Below, piece by piece: positions 52,836 through 61,566 of a stretch of DNA of 64,000 nt (its first letter is position 1; each line of letters begins with the position of its first letter). The notes below the pieces were generated by a model that searched no databases, was not told the DNA's origin, and saw only the letters and a list, made by a program, of their open reading frames with translations. Origin of the DNA: Anaerolineae bacterium (GTDB lineage Bacteria; Chloroflexota; Anaerolineae; CG2-30-64-16); NCBI GenBank assembly GCA_040766655.1, contig JAXGQB010000020.1:28327-92326 (forward strand), written 5' to 3'. The position numbers were made by a program, and so were the translations under genes.

Positions 52836-53735
52836 ATGACAACCACCTCATCAGCGTGGACCGCCACCCTCATCCACCTTCTCGCGCTGGCCACCAGGCT
52901 CGAAGATGAGGGCCAGTACAACCTAGCCAAGCTGGCGCGCGCTGCCGCGGACTCGCTGAGCCGCGGCGCTGCGTATAACGTCGCCATGCCGGCCGAGAAA
53001 GATGCGCTCGCCGCGGACATCAAGCAGACCGCAAGGGATCTGTCCCGGCTCGGCGCCAGCCCGGAGCTGCTGTCTGCGCTCAGCGAGGGCGCCGACGTGA
53101 TGGCCGGCGGCGGCGTGCCTCTCATTTCGGTCACGCCGCATCCCTACGTGTGCCGCACGTGCGGCCACCTGCTGCTCGGCGAACCAGAGATCAACTGCCC
53201 GACCTGCGGCGCGTGGCCCGGCACGTACCAGCGCTTCATGCCGAACTACTGGTTCGATGCGCTGGAGCCGCCGGCCGCGCTGTCACGGCTGCGCCAGACG
53301 CCCGTTGACGTGGCGGCGCTGATGGAAGGGCTTTCGGAAGCGCAGCTGAGCCAGACACCGGCGGATGGCGGATGGGCGATTCGCAACGCGCTGATGCACC
53401 TGCGCGATGCGCAGGACGTGCTTGCGTTCAGGATCGAGCTGTTCCTTCAGAATGAGCTTCCTGTGCTCGAGTCCAAGGCCGTTTGGACGTGGGCGGCCAA
53501 CGAGCCGGAGCGACCGCCCACCGCACGCGAGATCTTCGAGGCATACAGGTCCTCGCGCGCGCAAACGTTGGACACTTTGGCGCAACTGCCCCTCGCCCGA
53601 TGGTGGCGCACGGGCCGGCACGAGGAGTTCGGCGCCATCACGCTGCGCCAGCAGGTCAGCTATTCTGCCGCACACGAGATGACGCACCTCTCGCAGATCG
53701 CGTCGCTGCGCCGGCAGTGGGCGGTAGGTGGGTGA
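52836..53735 (+). CDS. DinB-family (DinB_2-like) protein fused to an N-terminal helical segment and a CxxC...CxxC zinc-ribbon
   Basis: ATG 52836 with an AGGAGA RBS. YVCRTCGHLLLGEPEINCPTCG ribbon. The C-terminal half has the His pattern of DinB-like four-helix bundles (MHLRD...AAHEMTHLSQI). Confidence 0.65.
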   Translation: MTTTSSAWTATLIHLLALATRLEDEGQYNLAKLARAAADSLSRGAAYNVAMPAEKDALAADIKQTARDLSRLGASPELLSALSEGADVMAGGGVPLISVTPHPYVCRTCGHLLLGEPEINCPTCGAWPGTYQRFMPNYWFDALEPPAALSRLRQTPVDVAALMEGLSEAQLSQTPADGGWAIRNALMHLRDAQDVLAFRIELFLQNELPVLESKAVWTWAANEPERPPTAREIFEAYRSSRAQTLDTLAQLPLARWWRTGRHEEFGAITLRQQVSYSAAHEMTHLSQIASLRRQWAVGG

Positions 53736-53881
53736 CCCGGGCCGAACCTGTCCGGCGGAGGTGTGGGTCCGCCATCTGGACATGCGCACTGCCGGATGGA
53801 TGCCAACGCAACAAAGGTGTCGTGGGTGGTGCGTCAGGGCTCCCGGCCGGGTCGCGGCCGGCGTCTGTGCAGGAGGTTATC

Positions 53882-56800
53882 ATGCGACAACACCAGTTTG
53901 AGCTCGGATCGGCCAGGCAACCGTGGCAAGCCCTCGCCGTCCTCTGCGCCGCCATCCTGCTGGTGCTCGCCGTGGCGGGCCCCGTGCTGGCCGGGCAAGA
54001 CCCGGCCAGCGTCCACGCGCCCGCCGCCTGCGTGCCGCTGACCGGCCCGAACCAGATCGCCTCGCCCATGGTCGTCACCTTCGATGACCTGCCGGCCGGT
54101 TCGAGCATCGGCAGCTTCTACCAACGCACCCACGGCATCCGGTTTGAGGACAGCCGCACCGCACGCGTGATCGCTTACGATCATCCGTCGCCTCGCTCCG
54201 CGCCCATGACCGCGATGAGCCAGACCGACGGAGATCCCGCTGCCAGGGCTCTCAACTTCTACTTCGACTCACCTCAAGCCTCCGTTGGCCTGTTCGCGGG
54301 CAACGGCGGCGGCGCGTCCGCGGCCCGGCTGGAGGGCTTCGACGCGGACGGCAACCTGGTCTGTGCGGCCAACGCAACCAACGTGTCGGACGCCCACACC
54401 GCGTTCATCGGCTTCCGCGATGACACCCGGAGCATCGTCAGCGTATCGCTGACCTACACCACCGGGCAGGCTGAATCGCTGGACGACCTGAGCTTCAGCA
54501 GTGTTGTCCAACCGCACGCCACACCGACGCCGTCGGCGACACCTACGCCGTCACCGACTCGCCCCGCGGCCGCGACAGCGGCTCTCTTCATCTTCCCAGC
54601 CGCGGCCGCGCCCGGCGGTGCACCTGCCGTCAGCGGCTACGGCTTCCCCGCGCTCGCTGATCTCAGGTTGATACTGGCCTGTCCCGGCCAGGCGGAGCTC
54701 GACCTGAGAGCGGCGGGCACGGACGCGGGGGGCCGCCTGCGGACCGTGATCGAGTTGCCGGCCTACCCGCCCAACCCATGCATGCTGGCCGCACGCCTGG
54801 ACCGGGCCAACCTCGCCGAGACCGCACTGGCGCTGTTGCCGGCGCTGGAGCTCTCCACCTCGCCCCAGGCCGGACCGCCGGGCACGACCGTCAGCTTCAC
54901 CGTGCGCAACCTCAGCGCGGGCGAGCTACGGCTCGACTACGCGGGGCGCGCGGTCTTCGGCCCGACGCCGGTCGCAGCCGGCGCCTTCTCTGGCACGTTC
55001 ACTGTCCCGCGCGACCGGCCCGATCCCCTGGGCAGCACGGCTGACCTCCGCGCCACGAACCTGATCCTGGGCCGGGCCATCGGCGCGGTCACCGGCGCCT
55101 TCCGCTCCCAGACCGCTCCGCCGCCGCCCACCTACCGCGTGGCAGACCTGCAACTGCCGCCGGGGACTCTGCCGCCGGGCAGTGATTTCGCCATCACCGG
55201 ACGCATCAGCCCTGCGCCGCAGGGGGCGCCGAGCCAGCTCAGGGTGTTGCCGGTGTGGCGAAAGGCCGATGGCCGCACCTTCCCCATCGGCCGCGGCCCG
55301 GCCCAGATCGCCGCGGACGGCAGTTTCAGCGTACCTATACGTGTGCCGAGCCTGCTCACCGGCGATCCGACCTGGCCACAGAGCGGCGATCAGGTAGGCG
55401 TGATGCTGGTGACCGGCGCGAACCAGCCGCGGCCCTTCCTGCAGGCCATCGCGGGCGTGCCCATCTTCCCCACCTTCAACGTCAAGGTGGTCGACGCGGC
55501 GACGGGGCAACTCATCCCGTCGGCCAAGGTCAGCTTCGAGGCCTGGCAGGGTTATCAGGTCAGTGCGAACTCGCTGCCGCTGGGCGAAGTTTCCGCCGAG
55601 GCTGCCATCGGCATCACCAACCAGATCGCCCAGGCCGGTGGCGCGATCGATCTGACGGATGACGAAAAGGCCTGGATCGCCTTGACGAAAGCCGTCTGCC
55701 AGCCGCTCACCATCCCTGTGAACGGCGATAAGTGGCAGCTGATCAACCCCACCCTGGACCAGACCCTCAGCGAGCCTTCGGTGCAGGGGCTGCTCCTGGC
55801 AAACAGCGTCCTTGGGGAGGCCGCGGTGACTGCGGGCCAGTCGGTAGGAAACGGGGCGACGCTGGCGCCGGCCGTTAGTGCTGCCGGCGACGTCATCCCC
55901 TACCTGCTCACCGTGGACGCACTCGACGCGGGCTACGGCCTGAAAGTTGCAGACGCTGACGGCACCTTCACGTTGAAAAACCTCAGCCTGCACGTCAATT
56001 TCCACCTGGCCGATCTCACCTACCGCGATCTGAAGGGCAACATCCTGGCCAACCCGTACACCGTGAAGCTGGGCAAGCTCTCCTCCGGCGAACAGTCAGC
56101 CCTGGGACCAATCAAGGTCTTCCTGGCCGGCATCGGCGCGCCCGAGCTGCCAGGGCCGGCCGCGCTGCCCCGCTTCACCCGCTACTACTCGGTGAAGGAC
56201 GTACCGCCCGGCGTGCAGGTGACGAAGCAAGCCGATGGCAGCGTTCAGATCACCCTGTCGTACGCCCAGTTCCACAAGCTGGGCGCCGGGGGTATACAGC
56301 TCTACGTGGACGGCGCCTGGAAGGCCAACTTCACGACCAAGTTCAACCCCGGCCTGGCCTGCAAGAACGGAACCATCACCTGGACGAGCGAGCCGTTCTA
56401 CGAGGGCAAGGCCGTGATCCCCAACGCCCACCTGCTGGCACCCGGTTCGCGCGCCCTGCAGGTGCGGGCACAACTCCTGGACGGCCAGTGGTTTAACTAC
56501 AACTACGTCCTGCAAGTGGATGCAGTGCCTGCCTCCTGGTTTGCCGTGAAGGCCAAAGGGACGCGCACCCTAACCTGGCGTCCTGGCGAGGTCAAGCTCT
56601 TCACCACCTGGCTCCAGGCGGGGACGGACGGCCAACTGCTGCACTCTGATCCAGTCAAGACTGACGAGACCGGCCAGTTGGACAACCGCACGATCCCGAC
56701 CAACAACATCAGCCAACAGGCCCAGGCCAACGGCCACAAGGGCGGGCAGACAACGGGCCAACTCTCGGGTCAGGCCCTGAACCGTTACGGACAGGGCTGC

Positions 56801-59335
56801 AATCTCAGCAACTGCCCGGCAAAAACGTCTGCTGTTGCCGCAGAGACGTTGCGTGCAACGTCTCTGGAATCACCGGCCGCCGGCCCTGCCGCCAACTACT
56901 CCTATGGCCCCTACAAAGAGAACGTCGTGCCGGAGGTCACCTTTGATTTGCCCGAAGTCAAATACGGCATCCCGTTCGTGGCCGAGATCGCGGCCGGCGG
57001 CAGCATGTCGTACTCGGGCAGCGTCACTTACGCAGGCTCCGCCACGCTCATGGACGACGGCGCGGTGCAGAGCATACTGTCAATCGATCCGGAGGCCAAT
57101 GTCAGCGGCACGGTCTACGTGGAGGGACGGCTGTTGGCGGGGCTGATCGGCAAGGCCGGCGCCTCGCTCACCGCCAATTTCGACGTGCACATGCCCGTCA
57201 CCTACGACACGGCCAAGAGCGACCCGCTCACTGCTAGCGCTTACTTCGAGTACGGCGCCGATTTTAAGGCGTGGCACAAGTGGGGCTGCGTGCCCTACGC
57301 CGGCTGCGCGTACAGCAAGACCTACCCCAAGCATCTCTTCGACGGCTGCGAAGTGCTAACCGGCTCCGGCGGTTGTCCTGCAGCGACGAGCGCGCAGGCG
57401 GCGGGAAGCATCGCCGCAGCTGACCCGCCCCAGTTCGACCTACAGCTCGCGGCCAACGGCCAGGGCACGGTGATGGCCATCTGGCAGCAGACTCCCACCA
57501 GCCTGGCAGCCGCAATCTTCAATGGCGTCGCCTGGACTCCGGCAGGGGACATCGCCACCGGTCTCGGCAGCTCGCAGCCCCAGGTCGCGTTCCTTGGTCC
57601 GAATCGCGCCATCGCCGTCTGGACCGAGACGAACCTGACCGAGGCGCAGTTGCCCGGCCTGACCGGCGAAGAGTTGTTGCAGGCGCAGCGCATCGCCTAC
57701 GCCATCTGGAACGGCACGTCCTGGTCTGCCGGCCAACCCCTGACCACACCCGGCCTGGGTGAGGGGGGCCCCGCGCTGGCCGCCTGCCCTGCGGGGCAGC
57801 CAGGCTGTCCGGCCGGCGGCGCGGCCGTGGCCGTCTGGGAACGCAATCTCTCGCCCAACCTGGAGGCGCGCGCTATCCGCCTGGTCCACGCTCGCTACCA
57901 GGACGGCGCCTGGAGCGCACCGCAGCCGGTGGACGGCGCCAGCGCGTTCACCGACATCCTGCCCCAGGTCGCGTTCATCAACGGTGCACCGCTGGTTGCC
58001 TGGGTGCGCGACAGCGATGCCGAGCTCGCCGACGCCAGCTCCCGCCGCGTCGCCCTAAGTTTTCTGAACGGGGCTGAAACCTTCACGCCCGCCGAACTGC
58101 CCGCAGGCATCGGCGAGGTGGCGCTGGGCATGGATGGCGCGGGCCAGCCAGTGCTGGCCTTCACCCAACTGGAGAACCCGCAGCAACTGCTGAGCAACCG
58201 GCGCCCCCTGTGGGCGGCAGCAGTGACGTGCTCGGGACCGACGGCCTGCACCTGGCATCCGGTCAAGCTGACGGACGCGGCCGGCCGCACTCTCTACGCA
58301 GAGCAGCCCTTGCTGGCCACCGATGCGGCAGGACAGGTCAGCGTGACCTTCCGGGGGACGGGCTTCGGCGGGCCGGCGAACGTCCAGCCGGGCGATTCGC
58401 CCGGAATGACCAGCGGTCAGGGCGACCTCGCCCAGGCCGTGGTCAACTTCGCCACGGGCCAGGTCGCGCCGAAATACCTGACCCAGGACGGCGCGGTCAA
58501 CTGGCTGCCCGCCGCGGCTTACGACCCGCTGCTGGGCGTCTCGCTGGCAACAGCGGTCAAGGGCAGCGCCGTGGCCGGCGCAACGGGTGCGGCGCAGACG
58601 GACGGCGCCCAGTACAGCCCTGCGCCCGACCTGCCCATCGCAGCAGCGGTCGCGCCGGCCCTGCCCGACTTCGTCCTGGTGGCTGCGACGGTGAGCGGCG
58701 GTCCTGCGACCGGCGACCCGCTGAGGGCGATCGTGCAGATTGCCAACCGCGGCGCGGCGTGGCCTGGCTCGGACGAGCAACCATTGGAGATCGTTGCAGG
58801 CTGGGACGGTGCGCCGGGCATCGGCGTCCCTGCGGGGCAAGCCGCCCTGACCAGCCTGGGCGCGTCCCCGTTCGTCACGGTGACGCTCGACCTGGCGCCG
58901 CCGCCTGGGGGACTGGACCTGGCTCACGAACTGCATCTGGCAGTCAACCCAGGCCTGCCCATCGCAGAGAGGGACGCGGCGAACAACAGCGTGATCCACA
59001 CGGCAGGCCGCCTTCCTGCTCCCTTGCTCCCGTGGGTGCAGATGGAGCCCGGCAGCCCCCTGGTCTTCCTGGGCTGGGACCCGGTGGCAGATCGGCGGGT
59101 CGCGGGCTACCGCATCTACCGCTCGGAGGCGGGCGGCGCCTGGGCGCCGATCGGCGGCAGCTTCGCGCCGGGCTACGTGGATCTGTCAGCGACCTCGGGC
59201 CGCACCTACAGCTACGCGATCACTGCGTATGCCGAGAGCGGCATCGAGTCGCCCTTGAGCCAGGAAGCCAAGGTGACAGTTCCGCCCCTGCGCGTCTACC
59301 TGCCGTTGGTCATGCGAAGCACAGGGAGACAATAG
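53882..59335 (+). CDS. Giant secreted adhesin-like protein (1817 aa) with Pro/Thr linker, repeated beta-rich modules, CARDB-like and FN3 domains, and a C-terminal PPLRVYLPLVMRSTGRQ tail
   Basis: AGGAGG RBS plus ATG 53882 gives a signal-anchor WQALAVLCAAILLVLAVAGPVLAG. The track ORF start (53483) overlaps the DinB gene and is rejected. CARDB-like LPDFVLVAATVSG...IANRG region, then FN3 (GYRIYRSEAGG...YSYAITAY). Confidence 0.85.
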   Translation: MRQHQFELGSARQPWQALAVLCAAILLVLAVAGPVLAGQDPASVHAPAACVPLTGPNQIASPMVVTFDDLPAGSSIGSFYQRTHGIRFEDSRTARVIAYDHPSPRSAPMTAMSQTDGDPAARALNFYFDSPQASVGLFAGNGGGASAARLEGFDADGNLVCAANATNVSDAHTAFIGFRDDTRSIVSVSLTYTTGQAESLDDLSFSSVVQPHATPTPSATPTPSPTRPAAATAALFIFPAAAAPGGAPAVSGYGFPALADLRLILACPGQAELDLRAAGTDAGGRLRTVIELPAYPPNPCMLAARLDRANLAETALALLPALELSTSPQAGPPGTTVSFTVRNLSAGELRLDYAGRAVFGPTPVAAGAFSGTFTVPRDRPDPLGSTADLRATNLILGRAIGAVTGAFRSQTAPPPPTYRVADLQLPPGTLPPGSDFAITGRISPAPQGAPSQLRVLPVWRKADGRTFPIGRGPAQIAADGSFSVPIRVPSLLTGDPTWPQSGDQVGVMLVTGANQPRPFLQAIAGVPIFPTFNVKVVDAATGQLIPSAKVSFEAWQGYQVSANSLPLGEVSAEAAIGITNQIAQAGGAIDLTDDEKAWIALTKAVCQPLTIPVNGDKWQLINPTLDQTLSEPSVQGLLLANSVLGEAAVTAGQSVGNGATLAPAVSAAGDVIPYLLTVDALDAGYGLKVADADGTFTLKNLSLHVNFHLADLTYRDLKGNILANPYTVKLGKLSSGEQSALGPIKVFLAGIGAPELPGPAALPRFTRYYSVKDVPPGVQVTKQADGSVQITLSYAQFHKLGAGGIQLYVDGAWKANFTTKFNPGLACKNGTITWTSEPFYEGKAVIPNAHLLAPGSRALQVRAQLLDGQWFNYNYVLQVDAVPASWFAVKAKGTRTLTWRPGEVKLFTTWLQAGTDGQLLHSDPVKTDETGQLDNRTIPTNNISQQAQANGHKGGQTTGQLSGQALNRYGQGCNLSNCPAKTSAVAAETLRATSLESPAAGPAANYSYGPYKENVVPEVTFDLPEVKYGIPFVAEIAAGGSMSYSGSVTYAGSATLMDDGAVQSILSIDPEANVSGTVYVEGRLLAGLIGKAGASLTANFDVHMPVTYDTAKSDPLTASAYFEYGADFKAWHKWGCVPYAGCAYSKTYPKHLFDGCEVLTGSGGCPAATSAQAAGSIAAADPPQFDLQLAANGQGTVMAIWQQTPTSLAAAIFNGVAWTPAGDIATGLGSSQPQVAFLGPNRAIAVWTETNLTEAQLPGLTGEELLQAQRIAYAIWNGTSWSAGQPLTTPGLGEGGPALAACPAGQPGCPAGGAAVAVWERNLSPNLEARAIRLVHARYQDGAWSAPQPVDGASAFTDILPQVAFINGAPLVAWVRDSDAELADASSRRVALSFLNGAETFTPAELPAGIGEVALGMDGAGQPVLAFTQLENPQQLLSNRRPLWAAAVTCSGPTACTWHPVKLTDAAGRTLYAEQPLLATDAAGQVSVTFRGTGFGGPANVQPGDSPGMTSGQGDLAQAVVNFATGQVAPKYLTQDGAVNWLPAAAYDPLLGVSLATAVKGSAVAGATGAAQTDGAQYSPAPDLPIAAAVAPALPDFVLVAATVSGGPATGDPLRAIVQIANRGAAWPGSDEQPLEIVAGWDGAPGIGVPAGQAALTSLGASPFVTVTLDLAPPPGGLDLAHELHLAVNPGLPIAERDAANNSVIHTAGRLPAPLLPWVQMEPGSPLVFLGWDPVADRRVAGYRIYRSEAGGAWAPIGGSFAPGYVDLSATSGRTYSYAITAYAESGIESPLSQEAKVTVPPLRVYLPLVMRSTGRQ

Positions 59336-59363
59336 CCTGGCCGGGAGGCAGACGTCCGCGCGT

Positions 59364-59411
59364 CTTGTGTGACAAAAGTCAAAGACAAGCTCCTCGCGTG
59401 GTTGGTACAAT
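59364..59411 (+). promoter_or_regulatory. Candidate promoter and operator upstream of ric
   Basis: The imperfect palindrome CTTGTGTGAC-aaaa-GTCAAAGACAAG (59364-59389) overlaps a weak -35 AAGACA (59382-59387). An 18-nt spacer precedes TACAAT (59406-59411). Confidence 0.35.
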
Positions 59412-59493
59412 GTACGCATGACCGGGTGCCCGCCTCCAGGGAGGGAAAGGACCGGGATCCGTCACACAAGTATCACAGCATGAGGAGCAACCA

Positions 59494-60243
59494 GTGACCA
59501 TCAATCTGCCTCTGGGACTCAGTGAGAGCAAGAGCGTCGGCGAGTGGGTCGCAGCCGACTATCGCCTGGCCAATGTGTTTGCCAGGCACGGCATCGACTT
59601 TTGTTGCGGCGGCAGCAGACCTGTTGCGGAGGCCTGCGCCGAGAAGGGGATCAGCGTCGAAACGCTGCTGAGCGAAGCACAAGGGACACGTGAGACATCA
59701 GGCGTCGGGGAGCAGTACAACCAGTGGTCTCTGGACTTCCTGGCCGACTACATCGTCAATCAGTTTCACGTCTACACGCGGGAGATGCTGGGCCAAGTCG
59801 ATCAGTACGCCGGCGCCGTCGCGCATGCGCACGGCGCAGCGCACCCGGAGACGTTGACGATCGCGGCGCTGTGGCGGTCGCTAGCCGCGCAGATGACGGC
59901 TCATCTGCGGGATGAAGAGGAGCTGCTCTTCCCCTCCATCAAGCAGCTGGTGCAGCGCCGGGCAGCAGGCGACCTGCTTCCTTCCCCCGCCCCGGGTTCG
60001 GTCCAGGCGCTCATCGCGCAGATGGGGGATGAACACGTGGAAGTGGGCGACACGCTGGCCGAGTTGGCACGTCTGAGCGGAGGCTATGCGGTGCCGGCCG
60101 ACGGCTGCAACACCTATCGGGCGCTCTACGGCTCCATGGCTGAGTTCGAGGCGACCACCAAGAAGCATATCCACCTGGAAAACAACATCCTCTTCCCCAA
60201 GGCGCTGAGGCTGGAACAGGAACGGGCCGGCGCAGCGGCCTGA
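59494..60243 (+). CDS. ric: Iron-sulfur cluster repair di-iron protein (RIC/ScdA/YtfE family)
   Basis: GTG start after GAGGAG. ScdA_N motif FARHGIDFCCGG followed by hemerythrin-like His/Glu helices (HL.DEEE.LFP, H...EN..LFP). Confidence 0.88.
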   Translation: MTINLPLGLSESKSVGEWVAADYRLANVFARHGIDFCCGGSRPVAEACAEKGISVETLLSEAQGTRETSGVGEQYNQWSLDFLADYIVNQFHVYTREMLGQVDQYAGAVAHAHGAAHPETLTIAALWRSLAAQMTAHLRDEEELLFPSIKQLVQRRAAGDLLPSPAPGSVQALIAQMGDEHVEVGDTLAELARLSGGYAVPADGCNTYRALYGSMAEFEATTKKHIHLENNILFPKALRLEQERAGAAA

Positions 60244-60277
60244 GGTTGCCGGTCATCGGCGGGGGAGGGCGTGCGAG

Positions 60278-61543
60278 ATGTCGTCGCAAGGGCAGCCGCG
60301 GGTTGTGATCGCCGGCGCCGGCTTCGGCGGGCTGTGGGCCGCCCGCGCGCTGGCCGGCGCCGGGGTGAACGTGCGCCTGCTGGACAGGAACAACTATCAC
60401 ACCTTCCTGCCCCTGCTTTACCAGGTCGCTGCGGCCGAGCTCGATCCAAGCCTGATCGCCCGTCCGGTGCGCGGCCTGGTGCGCCGCTACACCAACGTTC
60501 GCTTCGCCATGACCGAGGTAAAGGGCATCGATCTGGATGCGAAAGTCGTGGCGAGCGCGGAACGGACCTACCCCTACGACTACCTGATCCTGGCGTTGGG
60601 CAGCGTCAATCACTACTTCGACACGCCGGGTGCGCAGACGAACTGCTTCACGCTGAAGAGCGTTGCGGAAGGGATCGCGCTGCGCAATCATATCCTGGCG
60701 TGCGTCGAGAGGGCCTCGCAACTGCCGCCGGAGGCCGATGAGGAGCGCCGCCACTTGCTGACCTTCGTCATCATCGGTGGTGGCCCGACAGGCGTGGAAT
60801 ATGCCGGCGCGCTGGCTGAGCTTCTCAACCATCCTCTGGCCCAGGATTACCCCGAGCTGGACCTCCGCGAGCAAGGTCGGGTGGTGCTGGTGGAGGCAGG
60901 AGCCCAGCTGATCGCCGGAATCGGCGGTGGGGACTATGCATACCGCCGGCTTTCAGAGATGGGCGTCGATATCCGGCTCAATAGCCCTGTCTCTGAGGTC
61001 ACAGACCGCGCCGTGATACTTGCCGGCGGCGCTGCGATCGCAACCGCATCGCCCGTGTGGACTGCCGGTGTACGCGGGGCCCAGCTCGCGGAGGATCTGC
61101 CCCTCACGCGCGTGCGGGGCGGCCGGATTCCCGTGCGGCCCACGTTGCAGACCCTCGAGCACGACGACGTATTCGTCATCGGCGATCTGGCCTACCTGGA
61201 GCAGGACGGCCAGATGCTGCCGGGAGTGGCGCAGGTCGCGATGCAGCAGGGCGTCCACGCGGCGCAAAACATCGTTCTTCTGACACAGCAAGCCCCGGCG
61301 CAGCCCTTTCGTTATCGCGACAAGGGCGCCATGGCGACCATCGGCCGCAATGCTGCCGTCGCCAGGCTTGGCGGCCGGCTCCACACCGGCTTCATCGCAT
61401 GGCTGATCTGGCTGGTCATCCACATCTTCTTCCTGATCGGTTTCCGCAACCGCCTGGGCGTGCTTCTGAACTGGGCCTGGAACTACGTCTTCTTCGAGCG
61501 AGCCGTCCGGCTGATCCTGCCCCTGACGCGTGGCCCAAGATAA
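60278..61543 (+). CDS. ndh: Type II NADH dehydrogenase (NDH-2)-like FAD-dependent oxidoreductase
   Basis: VVIAGAGFGGLWAA...NYHTFLPLLYQVA, a second dinucleotide fold FVIIGGGPTGVEYAG, GD motif VFVIGDLA, and a C-terminal amphipathic/TM tail. Confidence 0.88.
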   Translation: MSSQGQPRVVIAGAGFGGLWAARALAGAGVNVRLLDRNNYHTFLPLLYQVAAAELDPSLIARPVRGLVRRYTNVRFAMTEVKGIDLDAKVVASAERTYPYDYLILALGSVNHYFDTPGAQTNCFTLKSVAEGIALRNHILACVERASQLPPEADEERRHLLTFVIIGGGPTGVEYAGALAELLNHPLAQDYPELDLREQGRVVLVEAGAQLIAGIGGGDYAYRRLSEMGVDIRLNSPVSEVTDRAVILAGGAAIATASPVWTAGVRGAQLAEDLPLTRVRGGRIPVRPTLQTLEHDDVFVIGDLAYLEQDGQMLPGVAQVAMQQGVHAAQNIVLLTQQAPAQPFRYRDKGAMATIGRNAAVARLGGRLHTGFIAWLIWLVIHIFFLIGFRNRLGVLLNWAWNYVFFERAVRLILPLTRGPR

Positions 61544-61566
61544 TGCTCGCTTCAAAGAACGACACG

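Noticed and set aside
53483-53881. Upstream extension of the giant protein ORF, overlapping the DinB-like gene
   Set aside because: It has the same shadow-frame composition. The AGGAGG RBS and ATG at 53882 are followed by a signal-anchor sequence.
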